Sequence record: SRR20825019_692
Direction: 5' to 3' (one strand)
DNA length: 35,795 nt
The position numbers and the translations under genes are program-made. This document shows, piece after piece, positions 27,987 through 35,795 of this stretch (positions are counted from its first letter, which is position 1; each line of letters begins with the position of its first letter). Under the pieces are notes generated by a model. That model was given only the letters and a program-made list of their open reading frames with translations. It did not search any database and was not told where the DNA came from.

Positions 27987-28556
27987 ATGCCTTTCCAGAA
28001 AACCCTCTTTATTATCGTCTCAACCGCGCTGGTTCTAACAGCCTGTGCGAACCGGGGGTCTGATGGCCCCCGAGGGCCCGGCGGCAGACCAGATATGGAG
28101 ATGGACCCTGCAAAAATGGAAGCGCGGCGCGAAGAGATGCGAACGCGTTTTCTGACCAAATGGGACTATAATGAAGACGGCGCCGTTACCTGTGATGATA
28201 TCACCCTCTCCCGCAGCCGCCTCTTTCGGCTTTTGGACGAAAACAAGGATGGGCTTTTAGTCTCAGGTGAATATCGCCATGCCAAGTTTGAGGATAAATC
28301 CTTCCTGTTTTACGATTTCCTTGGCTTGGATAAAAACGGTGATGGCGGCATCGGTGTAGACGAGCTTATTGCCGTCCCCCACAGCCAGTTCCAAAGCATG
28401 GATGATGATGGTGATTGCACCATCTCGCCGCGTGAGATGATGGCCTCGATGCGAGAGGCTCGAATGGACGGCGGGCGCGGCGGTGAGAGGCGCGGCGAAA
28501 AGGGTGGTCGTGGTGGCAGGGGCGGCAAAGGCGGCGGCAGGGGCGAACCGCTTTAA
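27987..28556 (+). CDS. EF-hand-containing lipoprotein with Gly/Arg-rich tail
   Basis: Lipobox LTAC; loops DYNEDGAVTCDD, DENKDGLLVSGE, DKNGDGGIGVDE and DDDGDCTISPRE; GAGGA RBS. Confidence 0.85.
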   Translation: MPFQKTLFIIVSTALVLTACANRGSDGPRGPGGRPDMEMDPAKMEARREEMRTRFLTKWDYNEDGAVTCDDITLSRSRLFRLLDENKDGLLVSGEYRHAKFEDKSFLFYDFLGLDKNGDGGIGVDELIAVPHSQFQSMDDDGDCTISPREMMASMREARMDGGRGGERRGEKGGRGGRGGKGGGRGEPL

Positions 28557-28561
28557 CGGTG

Positions 28562-29374
28562 TCAGCCCTCAAGCATCCATTCAGCAGACGTGCCTTTGAG
28601 CACAGCCCTGACTTCGTCGATATTCTCGACAAAGCTGTCCAGACTACCAGGGCGCAGCTTGGTTTGGTCGGTCTTCAGGTTTTCAAAGCCCTTAAGGCGC
28701 AGCGCACCTTCAAGGCTTATAGCTGCTTCAGTCGAGAGGGCTTCACCTGCTGCATCAAAAAGGGTTTCGTAATCAAGGCTGATGGCACCCGGGAAGAGCT
28801 TCTCAAAACCATCAAGGCGGTTTTCCACACGCTGGCGCCACTCAAGTGACTTCTTCAGCTTCTGGACATCAACGGCAAGCTTCGGTAGTGCAGGACGTTC
28901 ACCAGTGGTGTGCCAGACACCGCTTTTCTCGGCAGTCAGGCGCGAGAGGTGCGCCCGCAAAAGGTTTCGCCGCCGCAAAAAGAGCACGGTCCCGCCACGG
29001 TCTTTGACGAAGTCCAGAAGCGCGGGTTTTGTCTCCAGCCCCTTGTCGTACCCTTCAAAATGATGAAGTTGGCTGAGTTTCACGTCCAGTATGACCCGAG
29101 GCTTGGGCACGCACACACTCACATGGGCGAGGTAGGCCTCAAACCGCTCTCTCGCCCGTTCGGGCTGAATAAGGGAAGGCTCATCCGCCACCGCTTTCTC
29201 AAGCCAGTTGAAATAGTAGGCGGGGTGGCCAGCGTAGGCATCGCCAAACACTTCACCAAGATAGGCGCAATCTGGGTGCTTATTAAGAAGGCCCGCGAGC
29301 GCGCCGGTGCCCGACCGCTGCCGCGCGAACAGGAATATGACCTTCTGGCCCCCTATGTCGCCCCCCGCGCCCAT
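28562..29374 (-). CDS. PAPS-dependent sulfotransferase (Stf0/NodH/LpsS-like)
   Basis: 5'-PSB loop ARQRSGTGAL, GEVF, 3'-PB LRRRNLLRAHLS, DYETL and C-terminal VENIDEV. Confidence 0.82.
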   Translation of the reverse strand: MGAGGDIGGQKVIFLFARQRSGTGALAGLLNKHPDCAYLGEVFGDAYAGHPAYYFNWLEKAVADEPSLIQPERARERFEAYLAHVSVCVPKPRVILDVKLSQLHHFEGYDKGLETKPALLDFVKDRGGTVLFLRRRNLLRAHLSRLTAEKSGVWHTTGERPALPKLAVDVQKLKKSLEWRQRVENRLDGFEKLFPGAISLDYETLFDAAGEALSTEAAISLEGALRLKGFENLKTDQTKLRPGSLDSFVENIDEVRAVLKGTSAEWMLEG

Positions 29375-29377
29375 ACC

Positions 29378-30532
29378 CTATCGCGCTGCTTTCGCGGCTT
29401 TGTTGGCTTCGTCCCGGCTTTCAAACGCCATGTCCCAAAAGCTGGCGGAAAGCCGGTCGATGGACCTTGTTTGCGCGTTCATCAGCATCACAAAGCCAAT
29501 GTCCATATCTTTCGAGTATGAGATAAACGCACGGTAGCCACGCACGGCGCCAGAGTGCAGCACCACATCATCATCGCCAAACGAATAGATGCGCCAGCCA
29601 AGGCCATAATAGGCGTCTGAAATATGCCGCCGCCACGACCTGCGGTTCAGCTCCCGCGTGGTACGCACTTCCTTGGTGGTCACAGACTTCAGAAGTTCCG
29701 GTGAGAGAACGCGGGATTTATGCCCCATCTGCGCCCGCACCCATTTTGCCATATCTTCAATGCTGGCGTTCACGCCCGCGGCCGGTGACACCCGGTAATA
29801 GTTTGGTTCAACCAGCACCCTGATCCAGCCGTCGCGCCGCGTGAACACATGCGGCTCCGCCCGGTTTGCTGTTGAAAGAAAGCTTTCCAAACCCACGGAA
29901 GCATGATCCATATCCAGCGGCTCCAACAAGCGCTTTGACACCAGCGGCCCATAGGTTTCACCCGTGCTTTGTGCAATCACCGGCTCAATGAGGCTAAAAA
30001 GGATATTCTGGTAGCCGTAACATTCGCCCGGCTTGCACATGGCCCCAAGCTGGTCAAACCGCGGGATAATCTTCTCAAGCCCCCAGTCGTCTTCGAGCAT
30101 ATTGTCATAGGCGTTGGGCGTGATGCCTGAGCTGTGGCTGAGGAGGTGACGCACCGTAAGCCCCGACGCATGCCCGGCTGTTTTGAACTTCAGGTTCGGC
30201 ACATAATCAAGCACGGGCGCATCAAGGCTGAACTTGCCTTCTGCCGCCAATATGGCCGCCAGTTCGCCTGCAAAAGTTTTGGAAACAGAGGCGAGGCGAA
30301 ACACCGTAGCACTGTTGACCGGCAATTCAGCGTCCACGGCCCGGCTGCCCATGGTCTTGAGCGCCACAACGCGGCCACCTTTCACCACGGCATAAGCCGC
30401 ACCGGGTATCTTGTTCTTCTCAACTTCCGCTTTGAAGTCTTCCCCAAAAGCAGCAATGAAAGCGTCATCCTCCGCCCCCCATACAGGCGCGGAGAGGAGA
30501 ACCGAGATTAAACTGAACAACAAGATACGCAT
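29378..30532 (-). CDS. Secreted serine hydrolase, class C beta-lactamase/PBP-like family
   Basis: Signal peptide; FRLASVSK (SxxK), LLSHSSG, YQN (YxN), YGLGW and HSG. Confidence 0.92.
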   Translation of the reverse strand: MRILLFSLISVLLSAPVWGAEDDAFIAAFGEDFKAEVEKNKIPGAAYAVVKGGRVVALKTMGSRAVDAELPVNSATVFRLASVSKTFAGELAAILAAEGKFSLDAPVLDYVPNLKFKTAGHASGLTVRHLLSHSSGITPNAYDNMLEDDWGLEKIIPRFDQLGAMCKPGECYGYQNILFSLIEPVIAQSTGETYGPLVSKRLLEPLDMDHASVGLESFLSTANRAEPHVFTRRDGWIRVLVEPNYYRVSPAAGVNASIEDMAKWVRAQMGHKSRVLSPELLKSVTTKEVRTTRELNRRSWRRHISDAYYGLGWRIYSFGDDDVVLHSGAVRGYRAFISYSKDMDIGFVMLMNAQTRSIDRLSASFWDMAFESRDEANKAAKAAR

Positions 30533-30555
30533 AAGATGGTCAATACTCTGATAAT

Positions 30556-31323
30556 CTAGAGGTTATTACTGAGGAAGCGCGCTGTAAGCCGCGCCACCAG
30601 GTCTGGTTTTTCTGCGTGAAGCCAATGCCCTGTGCCCTCTACAATACGCACTTCAGCCTTGGGGAAGAGCGCGAGGATGGTTTCACGGTGTTTGGGCAGA
30701 ATATAGTCTGAGTTCCCACCCTTGAGGAAAAGCACAGGCACATCTGAAGGTTCCCCCTCATTGCCCTTAATGATATTCGCGTAACAGCTTTCAATGGCAT
30801 CAAGGCCAATGCGCCACGCGCCTTTGCCGCCATCCCCCCGCCGCCAGTTGGTCAGCAGGAAGGAGAGCACATCCCCCTCCTCAACATAAGGCGCAAGGAT
30901 ATCTTCTGCGTCCGCCCGGCTCACGGCCTCACTATCCGCCACAGCACGCAGGCCTTCAAGGATGCGGCTATGGTGATGGCCATATTGAACCGGCGCGATA
31001 TCCGCCACCACCATATGGTCAACGCGCTCTGGCGCATCAAGCGCGAGCTGCATTGCGGTTTTACCGCCCATGGAATGGCCAAACACATGCGCGCACTCAA
31101 GCCCGAGCTTATCCATCGCCTCAACCACGTCTGCCGCCATCAAGGGGTAACTCATGGTGTCAGTGTGCGGGCTGCGGCCATGGTTCCTGAGGTCGAGGCT
31201 TATCACGCGGTAGTCAGCTTCCAGGTTCCGCGCAATGCCGCCAAGGTTATCGGCTGAGCCAAAAAGCCCGTGCAGCAGCAAAAGCGGCTCCCCTTCCCCG
31301 CGTTCGCGTGTAAAAAGCTCCAT
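30556..31323 (-). CDS. Alpha/beta hydrolase (YbfF-like esterase)
   Basis: LHGLFGS, DLRNHG.S, GHSMGGK nucleophile elbow, DIAP and GHWLHAEKP. Confidence 0.92.
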   Translation of the reverse strand: MELFTRERGEGEPLLLLHGLFGSADNLGGIARNLEADYRVISLDLRNHGRSPHTDTMSYPLMAADVVEAMDKLGLECAHVFGHSMGGKTAMQLALDAPERVDHMVVADIAPVQYGHHHSRILEGLRAVADSEAVSRADAEDILAPYVEEGDVLSFLLTNWRRGDGGKGAWRIGLDAIESCYANIIKGNEGEPSDVPVLFLKGGNSDYILPKHRETILALFPKAEVRIVEGTGHWLHAEKPDLVARLTARFLSNNL

Positions 31324-32135
31324 CAGTCCCGCTCCAGTCGCACACGGGCATGGCCAAGCGGCCCGTGCCCTTCCCCAAAGCCAGGGGCTGCTTTTATGGC
31401 GGCGTGCACAAAGGCGTGGGCGCCTTCAAACGCTTCCTCAAGAGACTTGCCCGCCGCCAGCAGGGTTGCCATAGCGCTTGCAAGCGAACAGCCGGTACCG
31501 TGGGTGTGGCGAGTGTCAATACGGTCACTTGAGATCACGCATTCGCCCTTCAGGCTCACAAGAAAATCGCTCACCTGCGCGCCAGGCATATGCCCGCCCT
31601 TCAGAAGCACAGCCTCAGCCCCCGTATCAAGGAGCGCATATGCCGCTGTTTTCATATCCTCAAGGCTGCCGATCTTCCGGCCCGTTAATATCTCCGCTTC
31701 CGGGATATTGGGGGTCACAAGGCTCGCGTGCGCGATCAGGGTTTTGAGTGCATCAACTGCATCATCTTGCAAGAGCTTGCTGCCAGACGTCGCCACCATC
31801 ACTGGGTCAACGACCAAATCGCCGCCAAAGGCCACGTCATCGATCACCGCGAGCACGGTCTCAATCACCGCCCGGTCATGCAGCATGCCGGTCTTGATCG
31901 CGTCCGCGCCGATGTCTGAAAGCACCGTGCGCATCTGCGCTGCCACCACACCGGGCGGCATGGCTTCCACACCGCTCACGCCCATGGTGTTCTGCACTGT
32001 CACAGCCGTAATGGCCGTGGCCGCATAACCGCCCAGCATGGTCACTGTTTTGATATCTGCCTGTATACCGGCACCGCCCGAGCTGTCTGAGCCCGCAACG
32101 ATCAAAACCCTGCCCATGGTGGAGGTGTTTGTCAT
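31323..32135 (-). CDS. thiD: Hydroxymethylpyrimidine/phosphomethylpyrimidine kinase
   Basis: AGSDSSGGAGIQADIKT, KTGML, DPVM, TPNIPEA, KGGH and HGTGC. Confidence 0.97.
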   Translation of the reverse strand: MTNTSTMGRVLIVAGSDSSGGAGIQADIKTVTMLGGYAATAITAVTVQNTMGVSGVEAMPPGVVAAQMRTVLSDIGADAIKTGMLHDRAVIETVLAVIDDVAFGGDLVVDPVMVATSGSKLLQDDAVDALKTLIAHASLVTPNIPEAEILTGRKIGSLEDMKTAAYALLDTGAEAVLLKGGHMPGAQVSDFLVSLKGECVISSDRIDTRHTHGTGCSLASAMATLLAAGKSLEEAFEGAHAFVHAAIKAAPGFGEGHGPLGHARVRLERD

Positions 32136-33478
32136 TATGCCGCCGCCTCAATCTCGCTACAGATAGCGTCAACAAGGGCTGTGATCTTGCCTTCGTCATC
32201 GCCTTCCGCCATCACGCGGATCAGCGGTTCGGTGCCTGATTTGCGGATCACCAGCCGCCCGGAACCATTGAGCGCCTGCTCAGCCGCCTCAATAGACGCC
32301 TTCACCGAAGCGGTGCCAAGCGGGTCCCCGCCTGAGTAGCGCACATTTTTAAGAAGCTGCGGCACGGGTTCAAACTGCCTGCATGCTTCAGACGCTGGCT
32401 TGCCGGATTGCTGAATTTCCGTGATCACCTGTAGGCCTGCAACAAGGCCGTCTCCGGTGGTGGCAAAATCACTAAGCACGATATGGCCAGACTGCTCGCC
32501 GCCCACATTCATGCCTGTTTTGCGCATATGCTCCACCACATAACGATCCCCCACCTTGGTGCGCACAAGGGAAAGGCCCTCGCCTGTCAGCAAGCGTTCA
32601 AGCCCCAGGTTGGACATCACTGTGGTTACAAGTCCACCACCACGCAACACACCGCGCTGGTGCCAGTTGCGGGTGATCAGCGCCATAATCTGGTCACCGT
32701 CCACAATCTGCCCGCGCTCGTCACACAGAATCAACCGATCTGCGTCACCATCAAGCGCGATGCCTAGGTCGGCGCCATGCGCCACCACCTGCTCGCACAT
32801 GGCCTGCGGATGAGTGGAGCCACATTTATCATTGATATTGAAGCCGTTGGGCGAAACACCGATCGAGATGACGTCTGCGCCAAGCTCCCACAGCACCGTG
32901 GGCGCCACTTTATAGGCAGCACCGTTGGCGCAATCGACCACGATTTTAAGCCCCTCGAACGTCAGGCCGTTTGGCACCGTCGCTTTCGCGAACTCAACGT
33001 AACGACCGCTGGCATCCTCAAGCCGTGTTGCCCGGCCCAGCTCTTCAGACGGTACCAGCGCGTCAAACACGCCGTTATCGACCATATGTTCAATCTCAAG
33101 CTCTTTTTTGTCAGAAAGCTTGAAACCGTCCGGGCCAAAAAACTTGATGCCATTGTCATAGTGAGGGTTGTGGCTCGCGGAGATCATCACACCCAAATCC
33201 GCACGTAGGGATTTCACCAGCATGGCAATCGCGGGCGTCGGCATTGGACCCACCATGATCACATCCATGCCTGCGGCAACAAAACCGGCCGCGAGTGCAG
33301 GTTCGTACATATAGCCAGAGCGGCGTGTATCCTTGCCAATCACCACCCGGTGCACATGGTCGCCACGAATAAACGACCGGCCAGCAGCCAGTCCAACACG
33401 CATGGCAACATCAGGCGTCATAAAGCCCTCGTTCACCCGGCCACGCATGCCGTCAGTGCCAAAATATTTACGGCTCAT
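32135..33478 (-). CDS. glmM: Phosphoglucosamine mutase
   Basis: FGTDG, ISASHNP, DGDADR, GGEQSGH and RKSGTEP. Confidence 0.97.
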   Translation of the reverse strand: MSRKYFGTDGMRGRVNEGFMTPDVAMRVGLAAGRSFIRGDHVHRVVIGKDTRRSGYMYEPALAAGFVAAGMDVIMVGPMPTPAIAMLVKSLRADLGVMISASHNPHYDNGIKFFGPDGFKLSDKKELEIEHMVDNGVFDALVPSEELGRATRLEDASGRYVEFAKATVPNGLTFEGLKIVVDCANGAAYKVAPTVLWELGADVISIGVSPNGFNINDKCGSTHPQAMCEQVVAHGADLGIALDGDADRLILCDERGQIVDGDQIMALITRNWHQRGVLRGGGLVTTVMSNLGLERLLTGEGLSLVRTKVGDRYVVEHMRKTGMNVGGEQSGHIVLSDFATTGDGLVAGLQVITEIQQSGKPASEACRQFEPVPQLLKNVRYSGGDPLGTASVKASIEAAEQALNGSGRLVIRKSGTEPLIRVMAEGDDEGKITALVDAICSEIEAAA

Positions 33479-33526
33479 ATTGCCTTCCCCAACAACAGAT
33501 AAAAATATGCCTAAATTGTAGCGACT

Positions 33527-34654
33527 TCAGAGCTGTCCGTCCATGATTGCGGCATCATGAAATGCCTGTACCAGCTTGAACGCCTGTGATGTCTCAGCAA
33601 CGTCATGCACACGGACAATTTGTGCCCCCAGCTCCACCCCCCTCAGCGCTGCGGTTAATGATCCCGGCATCCGCCGGGAAGCATCCTCTTCGCCTGTAAT
33701 CGCGCCAATAAACCGCTTGCGCGAGGCGCCCAGAAGCACCGGGCACCCGAGGGTAAGGAAAAGCGGCAGCCCTGTAATAAGGGCGAGGTTATCCTGCACC
33801 ACACGCTTACCAAAACCTATGCCTGGGTCCATAATAAGGCGGGTGCGGTCAATACCTGCAAGCTCGCATGCCTGAATGCGCGCTGCCAGATAATCATAAA
33901 CCTCGTAAAGTACGTGCCCATAGTTTGGGTTGTCCTGCATGGTTTCCGGCGTGCCTTGGGAATGCATCAGCACAACAGGCGCAGCGCTTTTGGCAGCAAC
34001 ACCGAGGCTATCACCGTCATACTCAAGGGCGGAAACATCATTGATGATATGCGCGCCGGCACCGAGTGCCTTTTCCATCACAAATGAATGTCGGGTATCG
34101 ACAGACAGCGGAATGCCGTCAGATTGCAGCGCTTCGATGACGGGCACCACGCGTTCAGCTTCATCGCCCTCCCATACAGGTTTGGCACCGGGCCGTGTGC
34201 TCTCACCGCCAATATCAATGATATCAGCGCCCTCCGCAATCATGCGCCGGGCGTGCTGGATCGCTGCATTTGTATCAAGAAACTTGCCACCGTCTGAGAA
34301 ACTATCGGGCGTCACGTTCAAAACACCCATGATGCGGGGTTTGGTGAAGGCAAACGGCATATCGCGGCCCGGCAGTGCCATATTAGGCCGTGGTGCTTCA
34401 AGCGCGGCCCGCTGAGCATGCAGCTCAGCCCGCAACCCGGAAGGCATCTGCTCCATAACCGCATCTAGCTCTGCAGCGGGCACGTGCTGTTGCCATATAA
34501 GGTCGCCACCGTCCCTGACCACAAGCTTTGCAGCCAGAAAACGAAGCCCCGGCACCGCTGTGCGCAGGCCCTCAATACCACCCCAAACGGAACCGACGGG
34601 CACAAGATATGCTCTTGCCCCGTCGGAGATGTTTTCTAAGTCAAAGACTGTCAC
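33527..34654 (-). CDS. folP: Dihydropteroate synthase with N-terminal extension
   Basis: IMGVLNVTPDSFSDGG, DIGGESTRPG, DPGIGFGK, SRKRF and RVHDV; lies between ftsH and glmM. Confidence 0.96.
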   Translation of the reverse strand: MTVFDLENISDGARAYLVPVGSVWGGIEGLRTAVPGLRFLAAKLVVRDGGDLIWQQHVPAAELDAVMEQMPSGLRAELHAQRAALEAPRPNMALPGRDMPFAFTKPRIMGVLNVTPDSFSDGGKFLDTNAAIQHARRMIAEGADIIDIGGESTRPGAKPVWEGDEAERVVPVIEALQSDGIPLSVDTRHSFVMEKALGAGAHIINDVSALEYDGDSLGVAAKSAAPVVLMHSQGTPETMQDNPNYGHVLYEVYDYLAARIQACELAGIDRTRLIMDPGIGFGKRVVQDNLALITGLPLFLTLGCPVLLGASRKRFIGAITGEEDASRRMPGSLTAALRGVELGAQIVRVHDVAETSQAFKLVQAFHDAAIMDGQL

Positions 34655-34660
34655 CAGCTT

Positions 34661-35794
34661 TTAGCCTTCCGGCTGTGGTTCACCGTGGCCAAGGCCCGTT
34701 GTTGGCACCGTGCTTGGTGCTGTCGGCGGAACAGTTGGCTCATTGTCCTTGCGTTTTGGCTGCACGCGGATCGGCTCGCCCCTCAGAAGGGTTTTGATCT
34801 CGTCGCCTGAGAGCGTCTCATACTCGAGAAGCGCGCCCGCGAGTGTGTGCAGGTCATCGATGTTTTCATTGAGGATGTCTGTCGCACGTTTGTTGGCATT
34901 TTCAACAAACGCTTTGATTTCCTCATCGATCAGCTTGGCTGTGGCACCAGAAACATTTTGCTGACGCGCGACCGAGTGACCAAGGAACACTTCTTCCTCA
35001 TTAGCCGCATACTGAAGCGGGCCAAGCTTGTCAGACATGCCCCAGCGGGTAACCATGTTCCGTGCAAGGTTGGTGGCGTACTGGATGTCGCTCGAGGCGC
35101 CCGATGTCACTTTTTCGTGCCCGAAGATAACCTCTTCCGCAACACGGCCACCCATGGCAATCGCCAGGTTGTCGTGCATCTTCTCACGGCTTTGGGAATA
35201 TTCGTCCCGCTCAGGTAGGCGCATCACCATGCCAAGGGCACGACCACGCGGAATGATAGTCGCCTTATGGATCGGATCAGACGACTTGCAGTGCAGCGAC
35301 ACAAGGGCGTGGCCGCCTTCGTGGTAGGCCGTCAGCTTCTTCTCGTCTTCCGTCATCACCATAGAGCGGCGCTCGGAGCCCATCATCACCTTGTCTTTTG
35401 CTGCTTCAAACTCGGCCATCGCTACAATTTTCTTGCCGCGACGCGCCGCCAGAAGGGCTGCTTCGTTCACAAGGTTCATCAGGTCAGCACCAGAGAAGCC
35501 CGGCGTACCGCGCGCAATGGTGTTGATATCCACGTCCGGCGCCAGCGGCACTTTCTTGACGTGAACGCCAAGGATTTTCTCCCGGCCGTTGATGTCCGGG
35601 TTCGGCACAACAACCTGACGGTCAAATCGGCCCGGACGCAACAGCGCAGGGTCAAGCACGTCAGGGCGGTTGGTTGCAGCAAGGATAATGATACCCTCAT
35701 TCGCTTCAAAACCGTCCATCTCAACCAGAAGCTGGTTCAGGGTCTGCTCGCGTTCATCGTTACCACCGCCAAGACCGGCACCACGATGACGGCC
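34661..35794 (-). CDS. ftsH: ATP-dependent zinc metalloprotease FtsH (5' part lies outside the window)
   Basis: [28 protein letters not shown] and zinc motif HEGGH; frame stays open to the window edge. Confidence 0.97.
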   Translation of the reverse strand, partial: GRHRGAGLGGGNDEREQTLNQLLVEMDGFEANEGIIILAATNRPDVLDPALLRPGRFDRQVVVPNPDINGREKILGVHVKKVPLAPDVDINTIARGTPGFSGADLMNLVNEAALLAARRGKKIVAMAEFEAAKDKVMMGSERRSMVMTEDEKKLTAYHEGGHALVSLHCKSSDPIHKATIIPRGRALGMVMRLPERDEYSQSREKMHDNLAIAMGGRVAEEVIFGHEKVTSGASSDIQYATNLARNMVTRWGMSDKLGPLQYAANEEEVFLGHSVARQQNVSGATAKLIDEEIKAFVENANKRATDILNENIDDLHTLAGALLEYETLSGDEIKTLLRGEPIRVQPKRKDNEPTVPPTAPSTVPTTGLGHGEPQPEG

Positions 35795-35795
35795 A

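Noticed and set aside
27705-27987. Short ORFs in the serC upstream region as leader peptides
   Set aside because: No convincing RBS or run of serine codons; the region is better explained by the promoter and tandem RNA elements.
1-35795. Mobile elements, prophage, CRISPR array, tRNA/rRNA or a defence island
   Set aside because: No transposase, integrase, phage or cas ORFs, no regularly spaced repeats and no tRNA-like sequence seen by eye. The JAB and kinase-like genes lack the partners expected of CBASS, Bil or other defence systems.

Overview
Core-chromosome segment of a moderately GC-rich Alphaproteobacterium. The assignment rests on gene order and protein style; a Kordiimonadales/Sphingomonadales-like lineage is plausible but unverified. 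It holds about 34 CDS: ispE, a TPR lipoprotein, ETF-QO, family-4 UDG, Slt, moaB, an Ala/Gly symporter, lipid-catabolism genes, SRAP, Nudix, a JAB peptidase, rluD, rpoH, purA, hisZ, serA, serC, thiD, glmM, folP and a partial ftsH. I found no tRNA, rRNA, IS/phage genes or CRISPR array. Best leads: (1) a membrane-anchored Hanks-type pseudokinase lacking the catalytic Lys and both catalytic Asp residues, encoded 1 nt upstream of a small membrane protein between purA and rpoH; (2) two tandem copies of the orphan serC leader RNA motif, the second masking the serC ribosome-binding site; (3) candidate operators at the ETF-QO, acyl-CoA ligase and rpoH promoters. Several start codons were moved from the ORF track using RBS position and typical family N-termini. 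All family calls come from motif recognition; no database search was run.
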